Source: Paraspadella gotoi (lineage: Eukaryota > Animalia > Chaetognatha). Taken from it: DNA of 64,000 bases. Positions 11,690 to 28,254 of this stretch are shown piece after piece; the first letter of the stretch is position 1, and every line of letters begins with the position of its first letter. The notes under the pieces are model-generated. The model was not told where the DNA came from. It searched no databases and saw only the letters and a program-made list of their open reading frames with translations. The DNA is taken from assembly GCA_051294375.1 (NCBI GenBank), contig CM119270.1:2105320-2169319 (forward strand), read 5' to 3'. The position numbers and the translations under genes are program-made.

Positions 11690-14600
11690 CTGGATTTTTT
11701 CTCTCTTCCCGCGCACAGAACAGAACGCGCGAAGCTAACGATAAAAAGGAAGATGGAAAACGAATCGAGTAACTTAACAAACTAACTAAAAAACAAACTA
11801 AACAAGAAATTTAAAATTGGAAAAAAAAATATTAAAATAATTAAGAATTGGGAAATAATACCAAAGAAAAGGCAAAAAAAATAATATACATTAATAAGCC
11901 TTCATTAATTTAGAAGCCAGCAACTCTGGGGGAAAAGAAACGAGACTGTGAGAGAAAGCTTGCAGGGTCCTCCATCTTGTAAGAGTGATGGAGTCAAAAG
12001 TCAGAAGCGAAATAGCCTATTTATTTGTCGTTCTATTTTCAAAGCATTGACAAAGATTTTCTCTTGAATTTAGGCAAGAAAAAAATAATAAAAATAATAA
12101 AAATGCAGCAAAAAAAACAAAAAACAAAAACCCTTAAATAGTCAAAGACAAACTGGACATCGCAAAAGCAATGTTCTCTTGCCAATTCCCATCTGAAACC
12201 AAATAAAAGAAATTGGCGGCAGCAAAAAAAAAAAAAAAAAAGACTCTTTCAACAATTCCACCATCAGCTCCTCCTCTTCCTCTTCCTCGTCCTCTTCCTC
12301 ATCCTCCCTTAATGGCCCCTTCACGCCGGTCAAATCCAGATTCAGTGGAGAAACTTGTTATTTGTTGTTTTTTATGGTTTTTTGGTTGGAATCGTTGGTC
12401 GACAAAGCGAAGCTGAGTCCTAGTCGCTGAATGTTAGACCTTGGCAAGAATGCGACCCATTCGATCCTAATCGCTGAATGCTAGACCTTGGCAAGAATGT
12501 GACCCATTCAATTCTAAACGCTGAATCCTAGACCTTGGCAAGAATGCGACCCATTCAATTCTAATCACTGAATGTTTTATACCTGCCAGAAATGCAACCC
12601 ATTCAACCAAAAGCAAAGCTGAATGTTAGTCTTCGAATGCAGGTAACTGAATGTCAGTCCCTGCCGAGAATGCAACCCATTCAATCGAATGAGAAACTTA
12701 ATGTTAATCGCTGAATGTTAGTCCCAGCCAAGAATGCGACCGTTTCAATTAAGGGCCAAGCTGAATATTCGTACCTGCCAGATATGCAACCCATTCAACC
12801 TAAAGAAAAGCTGAAAGTTAGTCCCTGGAATGCGATCCAGACAATCTCAAGGAAAGACGAAAGTTAGTCGTTGCCTGGAAGGCAATTCATACAATCCACC
12901 CTTCCGTCTATCTATCTGTTCATCCCTCCACCCTTCTATCCAACCATCCATCCATCCATCCATCATTTTAATTTCTCATTTTTTGTTCCTTCGTAATCAA
13001 ACTCCCTTCGTCTCCATTTTTTTATCGGGTCGGTCCGTCCGTCCGTCCGTCCTTCCGTCCCTCGATTTCATTGTCAGTCTCCCGCGATTTAAATCCCTCT
13101 CGATTTCCTCATATTTTTCTCTCTCTCTTTGTCCATTCTTAGATTCAGTCAGTCACTGTCCCTCTGTTTGGTCTTTTAGAGTCTCTGCGATCTCGCAGCG
13201 TGGGTCCGAGTATCTCACACTGCTTGCGATATGCTCTCGTCTACTGGAGCTCTGCTCTCTTCTCTCTCGTTCTCTTCTCTCCTTCGTCTCCTCTAGTCTC
13301 GGATCGTCGTCGGGTCGGTCTCTGCCTCTCGGTTGTCTTCCTCGAAGATAGAGTTTTCTTGCCGTCCTCTTCCCCGTGTGATCGCGGCGCGAGCAGAAAC
13401 GACAGACGCGGCGGAGAAGCTACGATAAAAAGGAAGGATGGAAAACGAATCGAGTAACTTAACAAACTAACTAACAAACAAAGCTAAACAAGAAATTTAA
13501 AATTGGAAAAAAAAAATTAAAATAATTAAGAATTGGGAAATAATACCAAAGAAAAGGCAAAAAAAATAATATACATTAATAAGCCTTCATTAATTTAGAA
13601 GCCAGCAACTCTGGGGGAAGAAGAAACGAGACTGTGAGAGAAAGCTTGCAGGGTCTGCCATCTGTAAGGTGAGTGATGGAGTGCAAAAGTCAGGAAGGCG
13701 AAATAGCCTATTTTCGAATTAATGCTTAATTTTGGTCGTTCTATTTTCAAAGCATTGACAAAGATTTTCTCTTGAATTTAGGCAAGAAAAAAAAAAAAAT
13801 AATAAAATGCAAGCAAAAAAAAAAAACAAAAAAAAACCCTCTTAAATAGTCAAAGACAAACGGACATGCCCGCAAAAGGCAATGTTCTCTGCCAATTACC
13901 CATTCTCTGAAACCAAATAAAGAAATTGGCGGCAGCAAAAAAAAGAGACTCTTTCAACAATTTCCACCATCAGGCTCCTCCTCTTGCCTCTTCCTCTCCT
14001 CTTCCTCCATCCCTGCACTTAATGGCCCGCCCTTCACGCCGGTCAAATCCAGATTCAGTGGAGAAACTTGTTATTTGTTGTGTTTTTTATGGTTTTTTTT
14101 GGTTGGAATCGTTGGTCGACAAAGCGAAGCTGAGTCCTAGTCGCTGAATGGTTAGAGCCACTTGGCCAAGAGAATGCGACCCATTCGATCCTAATCGCTG
14201 AATGCTTAGACCTTGGCAAGAATGGGCGCCACTTCAATTCTAATCGCTGAATCCTAGACCTTGGGGCAAGAATGCGACCGCATTCAATTCTAATCACTGA
14301 ATGTTTTATACCTGCCAGAAAATGCAACCCATTCAACCAAAAGCAAAGCTGAAATGTTAGTCTTCGAATGCAGGTAACTGAATGTCAGTCCCTGCCGAGA
14401 ATGCAACCCATTCAATCGAATGAGAACCTTAATGTTAATCGCTGAAATGTTAGTCCCAGCCAAGAATGGCGACCGTTTCAATTAAGGGCCAAGCTGAATA
14501 TTCGTACCTGCCAGATATGCAACCCATTCAACCTAAAAGAAAAGCTGAAAGTTAGTCGCGCCTGGAATGCGATCCAAGACACATCTCAAGGAAAGACGAA

Positions 14601-14932
14601 AGTTAGTCGTTGCCTGGGAAGGCAATTCAATACAATCCACCTTCCGTCTATCTATCTGTTCATCCCTCCACCGCTTCTATGCCAACAGGCCATCCATCCA
14701 TCCATCCATCATTTTTAATTTCTCATTTTTTTTGCTTCGTAATCAAACTCCTCTTCGTCTCCATTTTTTTATCGGGTCGGTCCGTCCGTCCGTCGCGTCT
14801 TACGGCGTCCCTCGATTTCAATTGTCAGTCTCCCGCGATTTAAATCCCTCTCGATTTCCTCATATTTTTCTCTCTTCTCTTTGTCCATCGTCTTAGATTC
14901 AGTCAGTCACTGTCCCCTCTGTTTGGTCTTTT
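11690..14932 (+). repeat. Tandem re-copy of a ~1.5-1.7 kb unit (11690-13177 and about 13250-14932)
   Basis: Both copies run from GAAGCTA(A)CGATAAAAAGGAAG to CTCTGTTTGGTCTTTT. The second copy is insertion-rich. Confidence 0.9.
12410..12870. repeat. 47-bp tandem array, about 9-10 units (re-copied at about 14130-14610 and inverted at about 26590-27160)
   Basis: GCTGAATGTTAGACCTTGGCAAGAATGCGACCCATTCRATYCTAATC starts at 12426, 12473, 12520 and 12567, then degenerates. Confidence 0.9.
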
Positions 14933-14954
14933 CCCCCCCTCTCCACTTCTCTCT

Positions 14955-15006
<52 letters not shown>

Positions 15007-15377
15007 CTCGTCTGTCTCTCTCTCTCTCGTTATCAGTCCGTCCGTCGTCCGTCCTTCGTCAATCGTTGACCTCTTTGCTTAACGACTTTTTTTTTCCTTT
15101 TCCTCTTTTAAATTTCTTCTCCCCTTTGCTCCCTCGTTTGTTTTTCNNNNNNNNNNNNNNNNNNNNNNNNNCTTTTTCTCATCTCTCTCTCATCTCATCT
15201 CTCTCTCTCTCTCTCTCTCTCGTCTCTCTCTCTCTCTCTCGTCTCTCTGCGTCTCTCTCTCTCAGTCCGTCCGTCAGTCCGTCCTTCGGTCCATGTTTGA
15301 CCTCTTTTGCTTAACGACTTTATTTTTTTTTTCCTTTTCCTCTTTTTAAATTTCTTCTCCCCTTTCTCTCTTTTGTT

Positions 15378-18273
<2,896 letters not shown>

Positions 18274-20925
18274 ATTCGTAGCAAAAGTTTATTTTCATGA
18301 AATTAGAAACTACAAATTTGTTTGGACGTTGACCTGAAATACCGATTTAATACATAGGGTGAACTTTCAATATGTGGCGAACGGTCATTAAACGCCAGAA
18401 CGGAAATAGATNNNNNNNNNNNNNNNNNNNNNNNNNATAGAGGTGGCGGACCGTTTTCGCCAGGTGCGTCCACGCCTCTGACTGAGATTGTTTAGGTTGA
18501 ATAATTAAAATTGTTCCAAGAACAAAGTCTTTATTTTGTTCATTAATTAAAAACAGAACCTTAATAAAATAATCAAAAGGCATATAGATATTCTATATGC
18601 ATTAACAAGAATATAAAAATATGCAATATTGCTAAATGGCAATAAACAACATAAGAAACATTAATCAACATTAAATAAAACATAAACGTTAATAGACATG
18701 AACGATGGTGGAGATGAATACTTTGTGAAGAGTTAAGGAATGAAACTTTGGAAAGGTAACAGGAATAAAGAAAACGCAATAATAAATGATACCACTAGAG
18801 TGATCTACATAACTTATACATAATTATAGTGTTTCACTTGTTTTCAAGTATGTTATGGCTACAGAACTATATATAAGAAACTTGGGAATATTCCATATGT
18901 TAATTCTTTGTGTTGGCGTCTGCCACTGAGTCCGTGATCGTGGCTGGGAAAAAACGGGGTTCCAAGCCTACAAATAAAGAAAAAGCTGCATTGAGACTGT
19001 GATACAAGTAAGAAAGTTTGGGAGGTTCGAGGCAAACGTGACCGACAGACAGATTCACAGACAGATATAACGGAAATATACAGACAGAGCAGAAGCAATC
19101 CAATTGGGATAGATAAAAGACTTAATTTTGCACGAAATAAGGAAAGGACAAAAATTAATCGAAACATTTCCGTCGTGATGACAAAAACATAATAAGGAAA
19201 TTAGCACAAAAATGATAAACAACCAACAACAACAAACAACAACAACGCCGACTCATTTATGCTCCGTCGCCTTCCGTCAATGGAATCCGAAACCAGAGAA
19301 AAAAATGACATCGTCTCATAATTTCTTCATTTCCGGCGCGAGAGTGAGAGAGAGAGAGAGAGAGGTGAGAGAGAGAGAGAGAGAGAGAGTGAGAGAGAGA
19401 GAGAGAGAGAGTGAGAGAGAGTGCTGCCCATCTCTGTCCCGTCTTGCTGTTTTATTATCCTCGTTGCTGTTTTGTTTTCCCAATGATGATGATAATAAAA
19501 CATTCGATTTTGAAGAGTGCGCTTGCTATTTTTGTTCGCTGAAAAAGATAATTGGTTTTTTAAATAGCGATTACTAACGTAAGTAAAGCGATGAGTCTGA
19601 GTTTTTAATACTGAGGATGAATAGTCTAATACATACCTATTTTTTTCCGCTAAAGTTAAAAAGTGTCTCTTAGATTGGTCTTTAATTTCTAATCGAATCA
19701 AACTTGTTGCATAGGAATATATTTATGAAATTGGTACAACCAATATAAATTATCCGATTAATTTTATAAATAAGCTATCTTGCCCCTACTTTTGAGTTTT
19801 AAAAGATCATGTGGCTTGTATTTTATGTCTGTAAAAAAATTTATGTGAATGTACAGCATCTATATTTTTCCTTCTTTTTTTTTCTTCTCAGATTTCCTGA
19901 GATTTTCGGGTCTTTTCTTTTTGTCTTTTTTTTTCTTTTTTTTCTTTTTTTTCTTTTTTTCTTTTTTTATTATTTTTTTTTTCTTTTTTTTTTCGTTCTT
20001 TTTTTTCCTCCCTCCCTTAATTTTTCATCCAGCTCTATACTGAGAGAATCAGATCCCATCTATCAAGCTATCATCGCTTCACTCCTCTCTTCATTCTCTT
20101 TCTCTCGCTCTCGTCCTTCTTTCTTTCTCTCGGTCTCTCCACTCGCGCTTCTCCTCCATCGTGTTGTTCCCTCCAGGCTCCCTCTCACTCTAACACCCTC
20201 CTTTCCTCCTCATCTCTCACACTTTTGCCCTCTCTCCTCTCTTACAACATTCACTCTTCACGCCATATTGTTCCTCATTCTTTCTGTCAGTCTCTCCCTT
20301 CTCTTCTCTCCTTTCTCTCTCTCACTTCGTCTCTCTCTATCTCTGAATCTCTCTTCTCCTCTCTTTCTCTCTTTCTGTTCTATCTCTCTTTTATCCTCCT
20401 TACCTCACAGTTCATAACTTAATGACTCCTCAAGTACCTTTGCTTTCTCAATTTCTCCCCACTCTCTCAACTCTCTCCTCATTTCGCCTCTTGCCCTTTT
20501 ATCCTCTCAACCTCTTGGCCTATGCGCCCTCATTTCACGCAACATCTCGCGCTTCCTGTAAGCAAAAGATTTCCGCGCTTTGCTGGCGTTGACTCAAAAA
20601 AGGGAAATAAAAAAGTGTTTTTAAGTATTGACCGACGAAGACGACGCAGCGACCGACGACGACGACGAACGACGAAGACGACCGAAAACAACAAACAAGC
20701 GAAACCTTTGAAGGCCACGATTGGCTGAAACATTTGGGCAGAGAGAGAGGAGAGAGAGAGACGAGAGAGAGATAGAGAGAGAGAAAGAGTTCGATTAACA
20801 ATAAGAGAGAGAAGAGATACAGAGAATCAAAAGAGGATAGTGCATAATTGATATTGAAAATATGGAGAAAGAGCTTTAAGGCAGAGAGAGAGAGAGAGAG
20901 AAGAAAGAGAGAGAGGAGAGAGAGA

Positions 20926-20965
<40 letters not shown>

Positions 20966-23012
20966 TCGAACACGATTGATCGAAAACGTCTTTGCGGCGA
21001 ACTATCGTCGTTCGTCGCTCATCGGTCGCTCGTCCGTTGTCGTCGCCGCTCATCGTCGTCACGATCGTCGTCGTCGTCGTCGTCTCAATCGTCATCGTCA
21101 CCTACATCGTCTGCCGCTCATCGTCTCCGTAACGAGTGTCGTTCGGAACCGCTGATGCTCCATTGTCCATGTTGGAACTCCAAACAGAAATCCCACGTCA
21201 AGCTAAAAGAAAAAAAAAGGTTTTCTGCTTTTATCTAAGTAATCTCTCTTCTTTTATAGTTCCTATCTCTCCCTTATCATCTAATTTTAATCTCCTAATT
21301 TCCCCAGTTTTTCATCTTTATGTCTAAATAATCTCTCTTCTTTTATATTTCCTAGTTTCCCTTCTCAATCTAATTTTATCTCCTAATTTCGCCTAAATTT
21401 TCCCTTATATCATAGATATTCTCCTCTCTATTTTATTTCCTCTCTCTCTTTTCTAAATTTCCTCTAATAATCCTCTCCTTACATTTTTATTAATTTCTTT
21501 AATTTTAATTTTATTTTAATTTATTTAATTTATTTAATTATTATTTTAATTTAATTTAATTTAAATTTAATTTATAAAATTAATTTTTAATTTTCTTTAT
21601 TTTCTTAACTCCTGTCTCTTATCGCTCTTCCTCTCTTCCTCTCTTCATTTTCGATATAACTAGTTTTTTTTCACGCATACTAAGCGCGGGTCCGTTCCGC
21701 ACTATGAGAAACCATTCAAGTTTCGCATATCCAATCTCACAAACGATGACAACCACGAACATTGATCGCAGCTCGACTCCAAAACCACCACTGCAAAACA
21801 ACCCTGCAAAAACAACCCTCAAAAAATAAACACCCCGACGAAACAACAAGATCAATCTTCCCTAATTTCCAATTCGAGTTTCCTCCTTTTCACTTTAAAA
21901 AGTGGTCTAGTCCCTCAATACCCCCCTTATTCCACCCCGCCTCGCGCCCACCTCTACACTGTCCCTCGCATTAACTCTTCCCCCCCTAAAAACCGAATCG
22001 CCCTCTATCGTCTCCGCCTCCCCCCCCTTTCCCTCCTACCCCCCCCGCGAATCCTTCGGCACCGTTTACAATCGGCATCGGCTGCATGCGTCTTCTCACT
22101 TCAGGATCTCCGGTTCGAGGCTTTCCGGCTGTACGGGGATTCACCATTCACTTCGTTTCCAGGTTCGACGATTCGCGCGCGAAACGGAAACGCCTATTCC
22201 CGTTGTTTTGTTGGCTGTTGTTTGTTGGCTGTTGTTGTTGATGTTGCTGTGTTGTCATTGGTGTTGTTGTCGATTTTTGTTTTAGGTAGGTGTTGTCATT
22301 AGTTTGTTTTTATGTTGTTCTTGAATTTCATATGTGGTTTAGTTGATTCGCTTTTTTAAGAAATAATGAAAGGCTTAAATTATGAACCAAATAACATAAC
22401 AGTTACATTTGTGTTAATCGTACATAGTATTGTTGAGTCTAACGAGTCATAAGGACACATTTAATGAGAAATTTATTTTGTTTATTCATGATTCGTGTCA
22501 ATTACATCCCATTTGTTTTTCGATTGTCGAAGCATTTCTATCTCTCTCTCTCTCTCCTCTCCACAATCTCTCCACGGATCCTCCTCCTCCAAACATCACT
22601 CGTCTTCTCATCATCTTCCGTCTCTCTCTCTCTCCATCTCTCTTCTCTCTCTCTCTCCATCTCTGCTCTAGATCTCATCCCCTCTCTTTCCACAATAATA
22701 GGCGCCATCTTGTACTATTTCTCCGCGAAATCGGATACATACAGGCGTCCGGAAAAAACGGCGCCGGTGGTTATTTCGGCGTCCGAAACAACGGCGCATA
22801 AACGGAGTTTTTTTTTTTATCGGCGTCCGCTTCATCTCTTTCTGCTGTGGATGCTGAAAAGAGATGTGAAGGTGTGTGAGAGAATTACCACTATTCTCGT
22901 TTGGACAATAAATCATTCTTTGTAACATTACAGACAGAAAGTATCTAAAACACAAACACGTTTCAGGAGAAGAAAGAAAGAGAGAGAGAAGAGAGAGAAG
23001 AGAGAGGAGAGA

Positions 23013-23051
<39 letters not shown>

Positions 23052-23277
23052 AGAGAGGAAAGAAAATAGAAATTAATGAGACCTTTTTATTTTGTCGTCT
23101 GACATTCTTCCATTTTCAAATGCGAACGGTTTTAATTTTATAAGTTTTCCATCCCTGAAAAGATCACGCCCACGCCAACCGGAAGTAATGATACAGTAAG
23201 AAAGTTGGGAGGTTCGAGGCAAACGTACCGACAGACAGATTCACAGACAGATATAACGGAAAATACACAGACAAGTA

Positions 23278-26200
23278 TGTTTGTTGTTGTGGTTGGTTGT
23301 TGATCATTTTTGTGCCTAATATTCCTATTATGTCTGTTTGTCATCACGAGCGGAAATGTTTCGATTGATTTTTGTCCTATTCCTTATGTCGTGCCAAAAT
23401 TACAGTCTCTTAATCTATCCAATTGGTATTGTGCTGCTCTGTCTCGTTAGCTCTGTATTTTCCGTTGATATATGTCTCGGTGAATGCTGCTGCTCGGTAC
23501 CGTTTGCCTCGAACGCCTCCCAACTTCTTTGCTTAGCTGTAAATCACAGTCTCAATGCCAGCTTTTCTCCTTTCTATTTGTAGGCTGGCAAACCCCGTCT
23601 TTTTCCCAGCCGACAAGATCACGGAGCTCAGTGCGCAGACGCCACACTAGAAGCTTAAGCATCATGGACGTATTCCAAGTTTCGTTATATAGTCAGTCTG
23701 TACGCCATAACAATACCTTCTTGAAACACAACCCCGGGGTGAAAAACACTATAATTACTGTATGAGTTATGTAGATCAGCTCTAGTGCGTATCACTTATT
23801 ATTGCGTTTTCGTTATATTTCCTGCCTTACCTTTCCCAGAAGTTTCATTCCCGTTAACTACCTATGCCACAAAGTATTTCATCGATCCACCATCGTTCAT
23901 GTTCTAGTGTAACGTTATCATGTTTATTTAATGTTGATTAATGTGTTATCTTATTGATTGTTTCGATTGCCATAGCCAAATGGCAATTTTGGTTATTCTG
24001 TTTAATGCCATTACTAGAATCACTCTATCATGCTCTGATTCATTTTATTCAGGTTTCTGTTATTAATTTATGATGCAACAAAAAAAGACCTTTGTTCTTG
24101 GAAACAATTTTAATTACTGTCAACCTCTAGAACAATCTCAGTCAGACGGCGTGGACGCACACCCGCTGGCCGAAAACCGACGCCATCTCATTTCTCCGTT
24201 CTGGCGCTTTTAATGCACCGTTCGCACATATTGACAAGTTCACCCCTATGCATTAAATCGGTCTTATTCTCAGGTTCAACGTCCAAACAAATTTAGTAGT
24301 TTTCTATTTCATGAAAAGTTAAACTTGTCTGCTACCCGAATAAAACAAAATACGTGTTTTTGACGAAAATGCTCAAAGCGCTACTTTGTCAACAGCGCCG
24401 CGAGAGTTCTCGCTTCCCAGCTCCCTTGAATGCGTCACTACTAAAGGACTGTTTGTTCAATTCCTTGCTACATTCTTCTTTACTTCTTCTTGTCTTTCTT
24501 TCTTTTTTTCTTCTTTCTTTCTGTTCTTCTTTCCTTTCTTTCTTTCTTTTTCTTTTCTTTCTTTCTTTCTTTCTTTCTTTCCTTTCTTTCTTCTTCTTTT
24601 TGCATACTTTTTTTTCTATTTCTTTATCTTTTTTCTTCTTTCTTTTCTTTCTTTCCTTCTTTCATTGGTTTCTTTCTTTGATCTTTTTTTTCTTTCTGTC
24701 CAATCTACTTTTATCTTATTTCTTTAATTTTTTTTTCCAATTTTCCATTGTTTATCATTTCGATGTACCAGATTCTCAACTGTGTTTTCTCGTTTTACGT
24801 TTTTCTTCATGTATTAGAATACACGCCGTCTTCGACTATACCATCGGTTTCTCTTTTATATTCCCTCCTCTTTTTTCTCATCTTCTCTATCTTCATCTTT
24901 TTCTTTTTACTTTAATTTTCTTTTCGTTTCATTTACTATTTCACCTTCAATTCTCAATTATTTCTTTCATCTCTTTCCTCTCTTTCGTTTATTTTTTTTA
25001 TTTCTATTTTCCTTCCATTTTTTCGTTATTTTATTTTTTTACTTTCCTTCCCATTTTTCCAACTTTGTTTTCAATTTACTTACCTTTGTCGTATTTTTTT
25101 TTCCATTATCTTCATCTTAATTCCTCTTCTCCTCCTTTTTCGTTATTATTTTTCCCCTTTCCTCCTATTCCACTTATTCCTCTTTTACCTACTTTTCTTT
25201 CCTTCTCTTTCGCTCCCTCTTTTCGTTATTCTCTTTTCTTCCGTTGCCGATTCCACTTTTCTTTTCCTCCATTTTCCCCCCCTTTTCTTATCTTTTCATT
25301 TTCTTCCTCCCTTTTTTCCCTCTTTTCTTCTTTTACTTTCCTCCATTTCTTCGCTGTTTCTTATTTTTCTCCGATACGAACTAAAATCGCATAAAAGGAG
25401 ATAAACATGCTGCCGCCTTCCTTCGCCTTTGTCTCATTTTTTCCCCTTGAATTTTCGACATTCATCACTTATGAGATGCCGCTCGTCCGATCCATTCTCC
25501 AAAATTTTTTTAAAAATTTTCTTTCTTTTTTTTTAAAATAATCTTCTAGTTTTCTTTCCAATCGTCTCACTATTCTTTCGCTCCTGCATGCGAGGTGCGC
25601 CATTTTATCACGAAATCAAAAGATTCTATGTGAAAAAAATATTAGACTCTCTTCCCTCTCCGAGGTTTTCTTCCACCACGCGTTTAACCCAGACCGGAGT
25701 TTTATTCTCTTAAGATCTTCTGCTTCTGATTTCGAGACTAAGAACGCATTTACGGATATTCTTATTCCAAACGCGCTTCACTCGAAGTCACGCGAGCAAC
25801 CGCAAAAAGTACCAGAACTTACCACGAAAGCAGGACGGCCGGGGCGGGTGGCCGGTTGGCGGCGGGCGTGGTGACGCATTAAGATGTCCCGACTCAAATT
25901 GAAGCTAATAACAAAGAAAGAAATTCATACGAGACCTTCGAAGAGTAAACAAAGCATTCTCGGAGACATAGAAAAACAAACGAGGGAGCAAAGGCGGAGG
26001 AGAAAACAATTTAACGAGGAAAAGGAAAAAAAACAGTTCGTTAAGCAAAGAGCGGTCAACGATTGACGAAGGACGGCACGACGGACGGACTGCTGATAGA
26101 CGAGAGCATGAGAGAAGACAGACGAGCGACGAGACGAGACGGAGAGAGAGAGGAGAGAAGAGACCGATGGAGAGAGAAGCAGAGAGAGAGACGAGCAAGG

Positions 26201-28214
26201 GAGAGGGGGCGGAAAAGACCAAAACGGAGGCCCGGACAGTGCGACTGACTGCAATCTGAAGACGGATGGACAAAGACGAAGAGGAGAAAAAATGAGGAAA
26301 TCGAGCAGGGGATTTTAAAAATCGCGGACGAGACTGGACAATTTGAAATCGAGGGACGCCGTTAAGACGCGCACGGACGGACGGACCCGCGAACCCGCAT
26401 AAAAGAAATGGAGCACCGAAGAAGGAGTTTGATTACGAAGCAACCAAAATGAGCAAATTAAAAATTGATGGAATGCCCGCATGGCGATGGATGGCCTGCT
26501 TGGCATAGAGAGCGGTGCGTGAGGGCTCGCATGAACCCAGATAGCAGTAGACGGAAGGCGTGGCATTGTCACTTGAATTGCCGTTGCCCAGGCAACGACT
26601 AACTTTCGTCTTTCTGAGATGCCTGTCTTGCCCGAGTCGCACTTCCACGCCGACTAACTTTCAGCGTTTTCTTTTAGCGTTGAAGGCGTTGCATAATCTG
26701 CGCAGGCTACGAATATTCAGCTTGGCCGCTTCAAGTTGAAACGGGGGGGGATCACGCCATTCTTGGCTGGGAACTAACATTCAGGCGCAATTATAACATT
26801 ACAGGTCTCTACATTCGCATATGAATGGGTTGCCATATCTACGGCCATTTGCGGGACTTTAAACATTCAGCTTACCTGCCATCGCGAAGACTAACATTTC
26901 ACTCTTGCTTTTGGGTTGAATGGCGTTTGCATTTCTGCGCAGGTATCGAAAACATTGCAGCTGCATTAGATTGAATGCCCGCGTCGCACTTCTTGCCCCA
27001 AGGTCTAGGCATTCCAGCCGCTTTACGACATTAGACAGTGCGCGTCACCATTCCTTGCCGAAGGTTCACTAGCATTCAGCGAATTAGGATCGAATAAGGG
27101 GTCGCATTCTCTCTCGGCCGATAGTCGGCATTCTAACCAAGTCTCAGCGACTCCAGGACTTGTCAGCCTTCGCTTTGTGCGACCAACGATTCCAACCAAA
27201 AACACAACCATAAAAAACACAACAAATAACAAGTTTCTCCACTGATATCTGGATTTGACCGGCGCTGAAGGGCGGGCCATTAAGAGCAGGCGATATTGGA
27301 GGAACAGGCACGACGGAAGAGGCAGAGGAGGCACGCCTGACTGGTGGCAAATTGTTGCAAAGCAGTTCGCCTTATTTATTTGCTTCGACCGCAATTTCTC
27401 TTGATTTGGTTTCAGAGACATGGGTACATTCGGCAGAGGCATACCATTTGCCTTTGTCGCGGGCACTGTCTCCGTTATGTCGTCTTGAACTATTCTAAGA
27501 GGGTTTTTTTGCTTGTTTTGTTTTTCTTTGCTTGCATCCTCTTATCTACTTTTTATATTTGTTTTCTTGCCAAATTCAAGGAGGAAAATCTTTGTCCAAT
27601 GCTTGTGAAAATACCGAACGACGCAAAATAAAAATCACGCGCTATTTCGCCTTCCTCGACTTTTTGCACTCCATCACCACCTCCTACAGATGGCAGACCC
27701 TTGCAAGACTTTCTCCTCACAGTGCGGTGCGTCCTTCTTCTTCCCCCAGAGTTTTCCTGGCCCTTCGTTCAAATTAATGAAGGCTTATTAATGTATATCT
27801 ATTTTTTTTGCCTTTTCCTTTTGCGGTATTACTGTCCCAACATTTCATTAATTACTTTTCAATATTGTTTTTTCTCCAATTTAAATATTCTTGTTTAGCT
27901 TTGTTTGTCTAGTTAGTTTGCTTAAGTTTACTCGATTCGCTTATTCTTCCATCCGTTCCTTTCTTATCGTAGCTTCTCCGCCGCGTCTGTCGTTTCTGCT
28001 CGCGCCGCGATCACACGGGGAAGAGGACGGCAAGAAAACTCTATCTTCGAGGAAGACAACCGAGAGGCAGAGACCGACCCGACGACGATCCGAGACTAGA
28101 GGAGACGAAGGAGAGAAGAGAACGAGAGAGAAGAGAGCAGAGCTCCAGTAGACGAGAGCATATCGCAAGCAGTGTGAGATACTCGGACCCACGCTGCGAG
28201 ATCGCAGAGACTCT
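23278..28214 (-). repeat. ~4.9 kb inverted, error-rich copy of 13178-19245
   Basis: The reverse complement matches, in order, 19245-18250, one copy of the polypurine unit, 15140-14900 and 14900-13178. The ORF track gives the same peptide at 13241..13477(-) and 27891..28151(+). Confidence 0.9.
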
Positions 28215-28254
28215 NNNNNNNNNNNNNNNNNNNNNNNNNACAACAACAACAACA

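Noticed and set aside
12410-12870. CRISPR-like regular repeat with internal palindrome
   Set aside because: Units are head-to-tail with no unique spacers, there are no cas genes, and the context is eukaryotic.
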